A stretch of DNA of 64,000 nucleotides from Rhina ancylostomus (taxonomy: Eukaryota). The position numbers and the translations under genes are program-made. Under the pieces are notes generated by a model. That model had not been told where the DNA came from, did not search any database, and worked only from the letters and a program-made list of their open reading frames with translations. The DNA lies in assembly GCA_030265395.1 (NCBI GenBank), contig JARFYF010000084.1:80552864-80616863 (forward strand), in the 5' to 3' direction. The stretch's first letter is position 1; each line of letters begins with the position of its first letter. Positions 26,231 to 40,543 of the stretch are shown piece by piece.

Positions 26231-28467
26231 GAATCATGAATACCTGGTTTGAATACCTCATGAATCATGAACACTTCAGTTTGAAAAACTACCATTCACC
26301 ATTGGTCTCTGCGTTCTGTGATCTCATTTGTATCCTCACTACTACTTGCCCTTCAATCCTATGGGTTTCAATGTTCTTGATAGACATGGACACATCAGCA
26401 ACACTACCCTCCATCAACCCTCTCAAAGTAATCAAGTCCATCAAACACAACTCACTTCAACAAATCTACCTTGATTTATTAACCTATGCATGCACATGCG
26501 ACATTGACTTTTGTCCCAGATTATCCTTTCCAACAGTTTTCCCAATAGCTTGCAGTTAACTCGGGTTTTCTGCATTTGGACAGAAATTGACAACCAAACC
26601 CACGCCCACTTCCCCCTTGCTCCCCACCTTCCTGCTCTCTGCAGCTACTCCTATGTTCAAGGAAAATTGAAAAATTACAGCCAGAGGTTTTGTTATTCCT
26701 GCTCTCAAGGATGCAGCCCATCTGGACCTAGATTGATACTTAATATTTGCTGTTGCTTTATATCTGGCTCTCAATAGGAAATTTCTCATCTAGAGTCAGC
26801 TGTAGGATTTAAAATGAATGGCACTGGAAACAGGGCTGTTTAACAAGCCTGGGGTAGTGACTAATACTGATAACTTCTTGTTCCTTGTTCTGTAGTTGAG
26901 GGTTGAGGTCTCATTAGTTGAGGGACTGGGCTAACCCTTCAGTCACTGATTTCCTGAGTCTTCCCAGTCGTACCATTTTCTACAGAAAAGGAATGACTGA
27001 AGGGTTAGCCCATTTCCACAACCAGTGAGACCAGCAGAAGGGGGAATCTCATTTGCAACAATTACTTCTTTGTGGCCCTCAAACTCTGGAAAATATTTTA
27101 ATCCTAGGCTCAAGGGAATCAAGCAATATGGGGAGGACAGGAGAGTGATTTTACTGAATGGCAGAGCAGACATGAAGGGCAGTATGGCCCAATCGTTCTT
27201 TACTTTGGTTTTTATCAATATATTCCTGTGCATGTGAAGTATTTTGCTATTTCATCTCTAGCTAATATAGGAAAGCAGATTACTGCTGCAACAATCCAGG
27301 AAGAAGCCAGTCTGCTGAGAACAAATAATTGAAGAATACTCAGATATGTAACCTTTTAGAAGCCACAAGGCAGGGACCAAGAATTTGTCACCCACTCAAC
27401 CACAATTGGTGCATTAATCAAAGAACATTGGAAGCAATTCAACCCATTAAGCCCGTGCAAGCTCTTAGAGGAGCCCAATATGTCCTGTTTTTTCCTCATA
27501 ATCCTGAAAATCTTCCCTTTTCAAGTAAAATGCTCAGATTCCTCTTCAAGTTGGAGAGAAAACTCTGTACTCAGTATCATCATCTCCTCCCTGGCTTTTT
27601 GACAATTATCTTAAATCTGTGGCCTCTGGTCATCAAGAGAAAGTTTCTCCTTATCCACTTTATCACAACCCCGTGCAATTTTGAGCAATTCCATTAAACC
27701 TCTCCTTAAACTTTTCTGCTCAAATTCACTCATTGTCAATTTTGTGGAAACACTGGAATTTTCCTTCACCCAACAAAAGACTTGAAACCAAACAAAGAGT
27801 CCTCACTGGATTTAGCACACTGGTTCCACAAAACACAAAGTACAATTAAACCCCAATATTCCAGAAGACTCTTACCCACAAGTAGAATAAACTTAAAGGG
27901 TTTACAGCACAAGAACAGGCCATTTAGCTGCACTAGTCACTGTACTAACATGCTCTACTTTAATGCTATGTTCCACATGAACTTCCTTTTCTACCCCTTC
28001 CACACCTTACAATTCAAACCCATTACATCCTCCCCTCATCTAATCCTTCTTATTTACTTCTGCCACGCATTCATCTAACCTATCCTCAAGTACATCCAAG
28101 TCATTTGACTCAACTGTTACAATTAGTCGGGGGATTTCATATTCTAAACACTCTCTGGGTAGAAAAATTTCTTGTGAATTCTTAAAGGATTTATTGGTGA
28201 ATCCATTATATTCACGATTTCCAGTATTGATATCTCCATTTTATACACTGCCAAAATTTTCAAAATCTCCTTTCTGAAGAGTCCCAGTTTAATTACTCAG
28301 TCCTGACAGTTGTGACTTAATTCCTGTTTTTCAGTTTTGGACTTCTCCGGTGACCTTTTCCATTTTGATATATGGTACCCATTTTTGTAGTAAGTCAGGA
28401 CCAACATATATTAATCTGACTTAGTATTTTAAGCATATTTCCAGGTCAGAGCTGGATGAGATCTTAC

Positions 28468-28619
28468 CCTTGTAGATGTGGCATCAGTTGGCCAATAGTA
28501 ATCTCTTGTGCCACCTTCTGGTAGAGATCATAGCTATTCAATACCATGGATTCCAAGATTGCCAGCGACCGTTGTAACACAGCAACATCAGTTGCAGTTT
28601 TGTTCACATAACTTGCTAT
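28468..28619 (-). CDS. ELMO1: ELMO1-type coding exon (exon 9 equivalent), 152 nt
   Basis: gcatttactag|ATA GCA AGT...CTA CAA GG|gtaaga, reading [50 protein letters not shown](G). Confidence 0.96.
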
Positions 28620-29689
28620 CTAGTAAATGCAGAAAAGAAAGTGTTTAAAAGTCTGGCTTTAAAGTTTCTGCAATTAAACAGAGACAAATTCACCACCATT
28701 CCTTCTAGTGCAAAATTGGTATTTTCTCAATCACATTGAGTTAATTGGTTGGGGAAAGGGTGGGGATGAGGACAGACAGATGGGGGAAAGACTTTGTCAG
28801 ACAGGTGCTGTTATTCATCCAAAAATTTTATGGATTCCTTCTACATAAATCCCCACACTCAAGAATAATTAATAACCACTATTTTAAATGCTGAAGTCAA
28901 TTAAACAAGTTAAACACTGAAGCCCAAAAATTAAATAGCACATGACAGTTTACTTTTAATCTCATGGTGATGACATAAACTTCAGACAAAGGAAAATGTG
29001 ATAACGATCATCTTAGATTTGTTTTACATCACCATAATTTTGAACAAGGATTTCTTGACACAAGTCATGCTTGTGATTTGAGCATTTGACGTGCATCCAA
29101 TTGTCATTCCTTTTGGTGCTTTGCCATGGAAATAAGTCTACATTATCCTGGATCGACTACCATCGGTCACCCAAGAGACAACCACGCTTTCATAGCGTGA
29201 TGGGCTCCCAGATGGTGTTAAACACAGACGTTTATCCTCTATCCGTCAGCACCCTCCACCCCGTGCTACTAATACCCCATACCAACCGATCAGCCCAGAT
29301 GATAACCCATAGGTCCTGCTGTGCCAAGGCCCCTGACTCTTGCAATTCCTAAATAGCCTCCAAGTCCAGGCTCTTCAACCACCACCACCTCCCATCAACG
29401 CCAAATGAATTTCCATCAACCTTCTAGACTCACTCTCCATCACACGTTTCTTAACTTGGGGCTTGGGTAGAGCTTAAGTTTTTCCAGCATCACCAGGACC
29501 AAACCATCAATGGCATGTCATGCAATAACTGTAGTGACCTACATCTGGGAACTACAATTTCTAAGCTTATTTCTTTAGTGCTATATAGCCTTTTCAGAGT
29601 ACATCATGGAACAAGCTAAAAAGGCATTTACCCTGCTTCCCCCCAACATCATTTTTTCTTACGTCTCAAGCTTTTCCTTCATATGATGT

Positions 29690-31500
29690 GGAGTTCAATA
29701 GCAGGCTCGGCATTAATTGTGCATCCCAACTGATTGTACTTGAGTATGTGATGGTGAGACCCTACCTTGAATCACTGCAGTCTCTGTGTGCTAAAAGTTC
29801 TCCCGTTTTTAAGGGCAGAGAGTTCCTGATGCAGGACCAGTGATAAAAGTTTGGAGATACATTTCCAAGTCAGGATGGTGTATCGTTTGAAGGAAACTTG
29901 CTGATGATGTTCCTATGAACCTAACCCAACTTTAACCCTCAGCCTTCTAAGCACTAAAAGCCATGGATCTGAGAGGTGCTTATGAAGAATCGTTAGTGTG
30001 CTGCAGTGCATTCTATAGATGGTACACACAACCACAGTGCTCAAGTAATGGATAAAATTAATGTTTAAGGTGGTGTATGGGGTAGCAATTAAATGGGCTG
30101 CTTTGCCCTGGATAGTGTTGAGGTTCTCAAGTGTTGTTGGAAGTGCACTCATCTGAGCAAGTGCAAAGTACTCATCACATTCCTGGCTTGTGCACGAGAA
30201 AGCTTTGGGGTGTCAGCATGCATGTCACTCACCACAGAATAGCCGATCTCTGATGTGTACTTGTAGCCACAGTATTTATGTGGCTGGTCCAGTTAAACTT
30301 ACAGTCAATAATGACTCCTCAGGACATTGATGGTGGACAATACAGCAAAGGTAATACCATTAATTATCAATGAGGGACAATTATACTCAATTGGAGATGG
30401 GTACTGCCTGGAAATTGTGTGGCAAGAATGTTAGTTACCAGCTCAAGCCTGAATGTTGCCCGGCTCTTGCCACGTGGTCATGGGCTGCTTTATTTGAGGT
30501 GCTGTTTGGTGGGTTTTGACATCGTTAAAAGCAAGGATGTTCATTGAGGCTCTCTGTTATCAGGTATTAAATTGTCCACCACCGTTCAAAACTGGATATA
30601 GCAGGATTGCAGAACGTTGACCTGTTCAGCTGACAGAGAGGCTGAGTGCGTATAGCTTGCTGCTTCTGTGTCATAATGTGATCCTATGTTGCAGCTTCAC
30701 TAGGCTGGTGAATCATTTTCAGCTTCTCTTGGTGCTGGTCCTGTTATTCACCACTTTTCCTCAGTGATGAACTTAGGTTGGTATTCTGGTTCAATGGTAC
30801 GGCAGACTGGCCCCCTAGTATTCTATAATCTCGTGATCTACAATTTCTTTGCACCAGCCCCAAAGTATCATTCAGACATTCAGTTTTGAAATGATAAATT
30901 TGTTCCTAATGTATCCCATTTAGAACAGATGAGCCACACAATACAAAGGGAGTATCCTCTCACCAGTGCCATCATGGATAGGGGCAGATGCAACACATAG
31001 ATCGGCAAAGAGAAAGTTCTCAACACCTGCCACGAGCTTATCCAGCAGCCACATATGCATTGGTACTTGGCCAGTTTGGTCTATAGTGGTATGACTAAAA
31101 CTGCTGATGATGGTCTCTGAAGGTCACCATCCATAGTGTAGCTGCATCCTTATTCCCAATGACACTGGATCCTGTTGAAGACTCCTGAATCCTACCATTT
31201 CCCAATTGTATCCTCTTCTAGTGGGACAGCACATATCCAGAGATGATGATAAGAGAGCCTGGGGCATTTGAGTAAACAGTATAAACCAAGATTTACTTTG
31301 TGTCTTTTGTGTTAACTAGTTTGTAGATTAGCTCTCCCAATTTCAGCATGGCTCCAGATGTTGGTAGAAAGACTTGGTAGGGTCAACTGATCTGTTTGGT
31401 GCACAGGTTATTTCAGGGTGATTCTTCTGGTTTCATTCTTTTTATTGATATCTGTAGCAATTTTGAAAGAACATTCCCTTGCTGCCCATTTCAAGAGTTG
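29690..31500 (-). mobile_element. Heavily decayed non-LTR retrotransposon (same family as 38200-39430)
   Basis: ORF 29913..30152 MSALPTTLENLNTIQGKAAHLIATP...TVVVCTIYRMHCS is RT C-terminal-like; 30590-30780 shares sequence with 39200-39400. Confidence 0.6.
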
Positions 31501-32369
31501 TTGTTAGGCAACCACTGTGCTGTTGTTCTGCCAAGTTTCCCTGCACTATGACAGCTACTATACTTCCAAAGTTGCAAGGTTCTTTGGGATTTCCTGGAGG
31601 CATTATAAAAACATAAGTATTCTTATCAAGCAGACAGTTTTTAAATTATTCATTTATAGGCTTTGCTGGTAAAGCCAAACTTTATTGTCCTTGTGGAACC
31701 TGGACACAGCATATTGCCATCTCAGGGGACAGTTAAAGATCCATTGTAGTGTGGCGTGTCTGGAATCACATATCAGTTGAACAAGGATACCAAATTCCTT
31801 TTGGGGGGTGGGTGCATTATTGAACCATTGTGGTCAAGTACTCAAAATATTTCTCCACAGGAAAATAGTTAATGAAAAAGTCATAAGGCCTGAGTGTTCC
31901 TGCACAACGCTCAGCCAGTAATTATACAGTGGAGATTAATTATAGCGCACATGGATGGAAGTAGATTGACTGCCCATTGTTATGCCTGGAAACAGTGTCC
32001 AAATATTGTAGGCGAAGCAGCACATTTATTACTGGCATGACATGTTTACAAAAATAAAGGCTTCTAATTTCATGCAGGTTACCTGTTCACTTTGCAGTCT
32101 TGATGCTGATTATTTTATGAGCAAATAATTAAAGGAGAGGAGAATTTTAAAGTGCTCTGGTGGTGAGGTTGGTGCAAATGGAGGAAGCTGTGTGAAGAAA
32201 TCTGCAGGATTACACACAAGTCTACACACTCATGTTGTTGTTCCTCTATCTCTGTACATACTAGCCGCCTGGTTCAGTGCTGAGGCTCAGGAAGCTCTCC
32301 TTAAAAGGGATACTATTAATTGGCAGAGCCATTTACCTCCTACCTTTGCCAGTCAGAAAGATGTAATAA

Positions 32370-32725
32370 CCAGAATTATAGACCACAGAAACAAGCCCTT
32401 CGGCCCACTAAGCCTTTGCCAACCATCAAGCACCCACTGCCCTCCAATCCTGCACTAAGACCATATTTTTTTATTATTCTCCACAATTTCCCATCAACTC
32501 CCCCCAAGAATCTAAATCTCATCTACAGACTGGAGGTAATCAACTTACCAACCCACATGGCTTTTGAATGAGGGAGGAAACTAGAGTACCAAGGGGAAAA
32601 CCATTTGGTCACAGGAAGAACATGCAAACTCAACATACAGACAGCACCAGGGCGGGATGGGGTCAGGATTAAATTCAGGTTGCAGAAGTAGTGAGGCAGT
32701 AGCTATATCAGCTGTGCCACTGTGC
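32370..32725 (-). mobile_element. V-SINE (HE1-like), diverged, with CR1-like tail
   Basis: gggaggaaactagagtaccaaggggaaaacc...gaacatgcaaactc...gtgaggcagtagc is the reverse complement of the 21555-21880 type. Confidence 0.8.
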
Positions 32726-33540
32726 TACCCACTTAATTGGAGGATTTGAGATGGTGTATAGAAAGGAATATGGGAAAAGAAGTACCTACTCAGGCTCTCA
32801 AGCCCATGCCACCATTCAATTAAATCATGGCTGTTATGTACCTTAACACCATTTATCCCCAGAGGTTCTGCAACATTCCATTCAACTTTTGAAACCTTCA
32901 ATTGAGCCAGCCTCAACAGCTTGAGAAAGGGTTCCAGATTTCCACCACACTCGTTTCGTGCCTCATCCAAAANNNNNNNNNNNNNNNNNNNNNNNNNNNN
33001 NAATAGCCTTGCTCAAATTTTTTTTTAAGGTCATGACTTCTTATTCTGCATTCTCTCACTATTAGGGTAGTGAGTGAGAAACCACCAACTCCCTTGATTA
33101 TCTTAAACAGGTCAGCCTTTAATCTCCCATGCTCAGGAGAACACAAACCCATTGATGCAATCTGCTTCCATCATAAAATCCCTTCAATCCCAGGATCATT
33201 CTAGCATATCTCTGGCAAACTCTTTTCCAAGGCCAATATAGGCTTCCTGAGGTACGGTCTCCCAAACTGGATTCACCAAATCAGAACTTCAACTAATCGT
33301 ATTCCATCCCTTGAGATAAAGTCCAGCCTTTTCTTTATTTTGTACCTGATCATTAGATTTTTATCTCCCTATGGAGAAGGCAGTACACACAGACATGTTT
33401 CAATTGGATGGCTGAACAGGCTTGGAAATGACTCAACCTTCTTGCAAAGGTTCTACAGTGGGGCAACACTGCTTAATCAACCATCCCCTCCCTCACCACT
33501 GCACCCGACTTTGCTACAACTACTCCAGCCATCTTGGTAC

Positions 33541-33640
33541 CTTTTTGATGAAAGCCACAGAGAAAGTGTCCCAGGAGACAATCCCATGGTCCATGAGTTC
33601 AACAAACGCAGTCAGGGTGAAGGACAACATGTCCCCGAAG
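33541..33640 (-). CDS. ELMO1: ELMO1-type coding exon (exon 8 equivalent), 100 nt
   Basis: tgtcttttcag|C TTC GGG GAC...AAA AAG|gtacca, reading FGDMLSFTLTAFVELMDHGIVSWDTFSVAFIKK. Visible inside ORF 33520..33804. Confidence 0.96.
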
Positions 33641-35959
33641 CTGAAAAGACAAATGATCCCCAAGTCAGTTCCAGCTATCTCAATTTTGACAACATAAGAG
33701 CCTGAAATGATTTTTGAAGCAGGAAACGAGGAAAGAGAATAAACAGAAGAAAGCCAACTGGTACCACAACAAGCCCTATGGGTAACGTAGTCACCAGAAA
33801 GCAAGAGCAGAAGGACAGCTGGAAGAAAAAAAACTGAATTATGCCATTAACTTGATAAACAGCAACACTGCAATCTGAAAGGAAGTAGTATTAGTAGTAA
33901 TAATACAAGGCAGGCGAGAGAACTTCATGCAATTCCCATGCGCTGGATTTCAAAAGGGCTTTCAGATTAGGTCAGTAACCAGCTTCATCCACAGCTTTAT
34001 CAGAAAGAGAGATACAGCCAAGAACGACAGCAGTATCGCAGTCACCTCTTTATTAGTAGCATGTTAGGGTACAGATTGAAAATTTTAAAATTTAGCTCAC
34101 AGAACAGTATGCTGTTTCCTGAGCTGCACCATAAACAAGTGCTCAAGTTGCAGTTTGTGGAGTTCTACCCTGGTCTATTATGTGTTACCTTTTCTGAGAC
34201 AAGAGAATGCGTGCACCAGGCGTGCTATGTCTTCACTTCTGTAATTAACCACACACCATCCTCTCATTGCACACAGAGATTTTATAAGAATGAGGACTGC
34301 ATCCCTGGCCGTAAACAGCCCAAGTTCTCATAGGTGCTGCTGTAAAGACAATAAAAATGAAATTTGCCGGATCTTGTTGTCTGATGATTCACTAATAATG
34401 TTTTTGATTCTCTCATATTACCCAGTACAAGGGAGCTTGAAAAATAACATTCCTGATTCCAGCGTAGCATCCTTATGAAATAATACCCACATATTGCAAT
34501 AAATTGCCAAGTAGTGCTCTTGCATTCTGATAATACCCCAGCAAGGCGATATATTACTAAACACTGCCTGAACTTTTATTCCAGAGTGGGAAAATCCAAT
34601 GCAACAAACATTCTGCAGCAATGCATAAATGGCACAGAGATACCTGTCTAGTTGAACTGGTTCATATAAAGATGCTAGTGAGGGAAATGGTCATGGAGAG
34701 AAACCTGGTCAGGATGTAAAAAAAATTCCTTGATTTTATTCAAATAACTCCATGGGATCTTCAGCATCTACCTGAAGCGTGCAATTGGTAACAACCTTAA
34801 GGCTCAACTTCATCAGCACTTCACCAACACCCAAACTCAGAACGGTGTTATGGGATTCAATTCCATAAATTCCCAATTACAAAGTGTTAGATTACTTGCC
34901 AAATTTGATCATTTTAGTTCATAGGAAAAAAATACCCCAGTCATGAAGAGTGTTTACAGTTGTAATGCTCCTTCAAATAAACCATTTATTTTTGAGGAAG
35001 TTAGCTAATTTTAATTTGGAGACCACAGCATGGTTGGCCAACTTGTTTTGGGGGGGGGGGGGGGGGGGGGNNNNNNNNNNCCACCCCCCCCCCCCACAAT
35101 TATCCATTTCCTCACTCATTTGGAGTAACACAGAAAAATTTTGCTAAGTGATGAGGGCAGAGGAAAGTGCAGTGAGATTATTGTAGAGCTTTCTCAAACA
35201 GCTGGCACAGCCATAATGGACCAAATGCTGTCTAAGATGGCACTGTATAGGATGTCCAAGATGGCCCTGTAAGGAAGCTAACCGCACCGGTTGGAACCCA
35301 CCATATACCAAATCTGAAAAATTCTGCATTATCACAAATAAAAGGCGTATTTGAAATCCTATTAATTCTACAAAAGCAGAATAGTCAACCTTCCAATTAT
35401 AGTATGAAAGTTCACTACAAGTCAATAGTTTCCAGCTGGCTGAACACAGTCACAGCTTCTGCAGTATTAATTGTGCTGAATTCTAGCATTCATGGTATTT
35501 ATTGTTCATACTGCTATCCCCATATTGAATCATGTGGTTTCAATGCAAGTTCAAACTGCGAATCATTTTCAAAAGAAGTCTTAAAATTATCATTGGCATC
35601 ATGTGCGCAGCAAGTTAGTCTGTTGAAGATGTGTAGATCACTCATGATCGATCTGTACACTAGAGAAGAGTGACGGACCTACAGTTCCTATAAAATGCAG
35701 CATACGAGGATCAACAATTGCTGGATGCAGTAGTTTTTGCCTGCAGAGACTCATTTGTCATCAAATTACAACCGTCACTTCACTTAAGTGGCCTGTAGAG
35801 CAGTGAAGAGCCTTACTTTGCAGCAGCAGGGGTGATTTTGAGTCTTTATTCTGCACAATCCGCTAAATTGAACCTCATATGGCAAAAGTTCATTCCAATA
35901 TGGACATGAAGAGCCAGGTGTCTCAGAACTGATGTAAAGCTGGTCAGATTGTGTGGAAA

Positions 35960-36300
35960 GTGCATTTTGCCTTTATGTTGCGCACCTTTAACACAGTACA
36001 AAGCTCAGAGGAGCATTAATAAAACCTGACACTAAGCCAAATAGAAAAGATATTAGGACAGATGACTAAAAGCCTGGTCAATGACGAAGGCTTTCAGGAG
36101 CATTTTAATAGAGAGGAAAATAGAGAGAAGTGCCAAGAGACTTAGGAAGTACATAACTAAATCTTTAGGCAAGTGAAGGTCGGCTCACAAATGTGAGAGG
36201 CCAAAATTAGACAGATATCTCAGAGTTGTTGAACTAGAAGAGATTCCAGAGATATGGAGGCAAGGTCATGGAGAGATATGAATACATGGAAGAGATATGA
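35960..36300 (-). mobile_element. L2-type LINE 3' end; related pieces at about 12640-12740, 13990-14190, 18830-19170, 50860-51240 and 62700-63060
   Basis: Shared motif tgacactaagcc...agatattaggacagatgactaaaagcctggtcaa; reverse-complement versions such as catatctctcttctggctcggtgtcaaatt at about 62960. Confidence 0.55.
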
Positions 36301-38199
36301 ATAAATGGAAAGGAACTTCACCAACACAAACAACAGGGATGAATCTGTAGTAGGTGTCCTCAAGTTATGCTGGCATTCTAACAATAGTTGTTTTGGAAAT
36401 GCCTGCAACTAAAATCATAGAAAATTTATGACACAAGAGGTTGTTATTCTGCCCATTATGTCTGTGCTGCTCAAGAAAGATCTACCAACCTAATCCCATC
36501 TTCCTGCAGTTGATCCACAGCCCTGCAGGTCAAGCAGAAGCAAAAGTCAGCTATAAAAGCATGGGGAGCACTAATAGACTGTCAGTTTGCCCTGCCTGTT
36601 AGGTGCTTAATGCAAAACATATGAACCAAAAGCTTGAGGGAAGCATGGAGCAGGAAGCAAACATTCTGTGGGTAAAGTGACACAGTCCCTTTATGTATAC
36701 CCAGGAAAGCCGACATCAATGTTGGCAATAATTACAGTGCATGTTTCTGTTTAATGATTCAACTTAAAATAACCTTCTGAACAAGATTTACTTTTACAAA
36801 CTGAATATTCACTCAGTTTTCAAAATCTAAAATATATTTGTAAGAGTAGTAGTTATATAAAGGAAAGCATAAAAGTACATATTCTGGAAACATGAAATAA
36901 AAACTAAAAAAAACTGGAAATATTCAGCAGATCAGGCAGCATCCGTGACAAGAGAAAGATAGTTAACATATCAGATCAAAGACCTTAAATGAGAGCTGAT
37001 GCGGTTTTAAATAGATGGCTAGTAAACAAAAACACACCGGACTTTGCAGTGAAACCAGTGATTACTGTACGTCTAGACTGGGAAAAGCAACGTAGGCTCA
37101 AAATGCACAAGGCTCATATTCCAGTCCACTGGTCATGTCCTTTTGTTAGTAAATCTATAATGGACCTTGCACCCACTCCAGGCACTGACCCTGTCACGTC
37201 TCCTCCAGGGAAGTACTAAAAACCCAGGTTCAATACATAAAGGGGTTGAGTCACAACAAGGAAAGCCTTTGCCCCTTTTTCTGTCCTCCAGAGTCAAAAG
37301 GTCATGAAGATCAATCCAATTATTTCTGGATGGGCAGAAGATTTCAAACTTGTTTATTTTGTAAAGCAATATGAAATCAAACACAATCAGAGGAAGGGAG
37401 CTGTTAAAAACCATCGATTAACAGGGAGAGAAAGTCTCAGATATGAGACATGAGGAAAAGATCACTTTCAATCCTCCCCCCACCCCACTCCAAGTTAAGT
37501 GATCTCAGTTGGGGCAGTGATTTATAGAAGACATTAGAAACTAAAATATGGATGAGAAAAGTCATTATCCATCCAGTAACATCCTGCAGACCACCCATAA
37601 CAATATTGTCTTCTCAGGAGTCTGCCTATGATATACAGAAATGAAGCAATCATCTCTTTCTCTATGTGAAGCAATGCCTGATCAATCCCAAACCCTTATT
37701 CCTTAAATACTGGAGTCAATTATATCTTTTTCCAAACCTTTCATTGTTTGCTTTCAAAATCCCATGCTTCTCCAGTTTTGGCAACACGTCAATCTATTGA
37801 TCCCAAGGATTGGCTTGGATTTCTATTTAAACCATCTTTTTGCAGTCCAGTCAAAATTGAGCATTGTATTTACCACATAATTTAAACAGTATTGCAATCA
37901 TCAGATGATCAACAGATTGAACTGCATGAAGTTCTCTGATGACTAATCATCCCATTCCACGCAAATCTCTCAGATCCTGAATTTATACAAATCTCTAAAC
38001 GTCTTGTATATTTGCCTTGTGTGCAGTATTTACATTCATTCACTTCTGTGCTTTATCCAGTTCCTTTTTGACATTCTCAATTTTTCTTCTCCAAGATCAA
38101 ACACATTAATTACAAGTCAAGTGGTATTCCAACCAACTTGCACCAAGTTTCTAAGTCACTTATGTTAAATACAAGGGGTGGCAGTGATAGTATCAGGAG

Positions 38200-39430
38200 T
38201 ATTCTTGTTGGAGATGGTCAATGTCTGACACTTGGTGGCAGTTAAGTGAATTCATCAGTCTGATGTTGCAATCTTGTCTAGGTCTAGCTACATTAATGAA
38301 TGGAATGCTCAATTTCCCCAAGGAGTGAAGAATGAAATCAAAAGTGTACAAACATTCCCACTATTGAACTTATTATAGTAAAAAAAGTCACTGAAGTAGT
38401 TGAAAATGGTTGGGCCTAGACACCTCCTTGTGGAACCTTTGCAATGATGCTCTGGGGCTGGGATGATTGACCTCTGACGATCACAAGCATCTTTGTGTGA
38501 GGTAGGACATTTTCCTTTTGATGCCCATTGATGTCAGTTTTACCAGACTTTCCTTGATGCCACACTTGGTCAAATGTTGCCTCGATGTCAAGGGCAGTCA
38601 CTCTCTCCAAACTCTAGAATTCAGCACTTTGGTCCAAATTAGTACCAAGGCCGTGATGAGTTCTAGAGCCAAGTGGTCCTGTTGAAATCAAACTAAACAT
38701 CAATGAGCAGATTACTGGAGACCAAGTGCCATTTGACAGCTCTGCCGATAACTGAGAGTAGATTAACTGGGCAGTTGTTAACTGGATTAGATTTATCCTG
38801 TTTTTTTGTTGAAGATATATATTGCCTGTTGTTCACAACTTCCAATAGGTGCCAGTGTTGACACTGTACTGGAATAGCTTGCCTAGAGGTACAGTTAGTT
38901 CTAGAGTGCAGTACTTCAACTGGAATGTCGTCTGATCTCATAGCCCTCATAGTACCCCAGTGCTCTCAGCCATTCCTTGATATCACAGAGTAAATCAAAT
39001 TGGCTGAATACTTTTTTGTGAAGTTGGGGATCACAGGAGGAAGCTAAGATCAATCACCCATGCAGTACTTCTGGCTGAACATGGTTATGAGTGCATCAAC
39101 TTCTTTAAGTGACTGCTTGCTAGGCCCTGCCATTGAGAATGGGGATATTCTCAGAACCTACTCACTCCTCCCAGTAGCTATTTAATTGCCCACCAGCAGT
39201 CATAACTAGATGTAGCAGGTCTGCAGAACTTTGATCTGATCCAATGGATGTGGGGTTGGTTAGCAACATCAAATGCATGCTCTTTTTTGCTATTTATTTT
39301 TTGTCCTGCATCACAGCCTCAACGGCTCTCAAACTCATTTTCAGACATTACTGTGCTATTCCCAATTGCACTCCTCATTGAACCAGGGTTTATTCCCTGG
39401 ATTGATTATAATGATAGAATCCATTGGAGC
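38200..39430 (-). mobile_element. Decayed non-LTR retrotransposon (CR1/Jockey group) RT region
   Basis: KKQDKSNPVNNCPVNLLSVI (NYRPISLL-like), TALDIEATFDQVWHQG and VPQGGV in ORFs 38693..38950 and 38416..38610, in correct RT order. Confidence 0.85.
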
Positions 39431-39751
39431 TTCTCCATTCAAGTTATATGCTCTGCTGTTCAATGCCATGAAGTTTTATGGTCTGTTTATAATGTTCTTC
39501 ATATATACTTGGCTTCAAAACCATTTGATAACAAACGCAGGTGGTTAAGGGGAAATCCACCAACACCACACCTATTCCCTAGGCAAACCAATCTACACTA
39601 TACATTGTAAAAAAATTCTTGTTAGACTCCTTAGTATAAACAACTTAACATTTTCAGTGAAATTCTAATTTTGCAGGGAGAGGAAAAGAAACACTGAGAA
39701 TTCAACACAACCAAAATAAATACAAAATTCACCTATAGCTCAAACACCATT

Positions 39752-40543
39752 TATAAATTTGCAGATAACACCAATGCTGTTGGTAAAATCTAAGACGGCA
39801 ATGAGGAGGCGTAAAGGAGTGAAATAGATCAGCTGGTTGACTGGTGTCCCAACAATAACCTCGCACTCAACATCAGCAAGACCAAGGAATTGATTGTGGA
39901 CTTCAGGAAGGGGAAGTCTGGAGAATACACACCAGTGCTCATTGAGGAGTCAGCGGTGGAAAGGGTGAGCAGCTTTAAGTTCCTGGATGTCAATATCTCC
40001 AAGGATCTGTGCTGCGCTGAACACATTGATGCAATGATGAAGAAAGCACGTCTGCGGCTCTACTTTGTGAGGAGTTTGAGGAGATTTGGTATGACACCGA
40101 AGACTCTTGCAAGATGTACAGTGGACAGCGTTCTGACTAGTTGCATCACTGCCTGGTACAGAGGCACCAATGCACAGGATCTCAAGAGGCTACAGAAGGT
40201 TGTAGACTCAGCCAGCTCCATCGTGGGCATAGCCCTCCTGGCCATCGAGGATATCTTCAAGAGGCAGCGCCTCAAGAAGGCAGCGCCTCAAGAAGGCAGC
40301 ATCCATCATTAAGGACTCTCACCATCCAGGACATGTCCTCTTCTTATTACTACCATCAGGGAGGAGGCACAGGAGCCTGAAGACCTAAAGTCAATGATTC
40401 AGGAGCAGCTTTTTCACCTCTGCCATCAGTTTTCTGAATGGTCCATGAACACTACCTCATTGTAATTTTATGTCTTTGCACTGTTTACTGCTGTAAACAA
40501 CACATTTCACGTCATAAGACGGTGATAATAAACTTGATTCTGA
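39752..40543 (+). mobile_element. Rex1/Babar non-LTR retrotransposon, 5'-truncated
   Basis: KFADNT...WCPNNNLALNISKTKELIVDFRK...VERVSSFKFL.VNIS...KKARLRLYFVRSLRRF; ends gtgataataaacttgattctga. Contains a 16 nt tandem duplication (ggcagcgcctcaagaa x2, 40263-40294). Confidence 0.9.

Noticed and set aside
35049-35096. Poly-G and poly-C runs facing each other across a 10 N gap (hairpin or G-quadruplex)
   Set aside because: Homopolymers flanking a gap are typical assembly breakpoints; true lengths and spacing are unknown.
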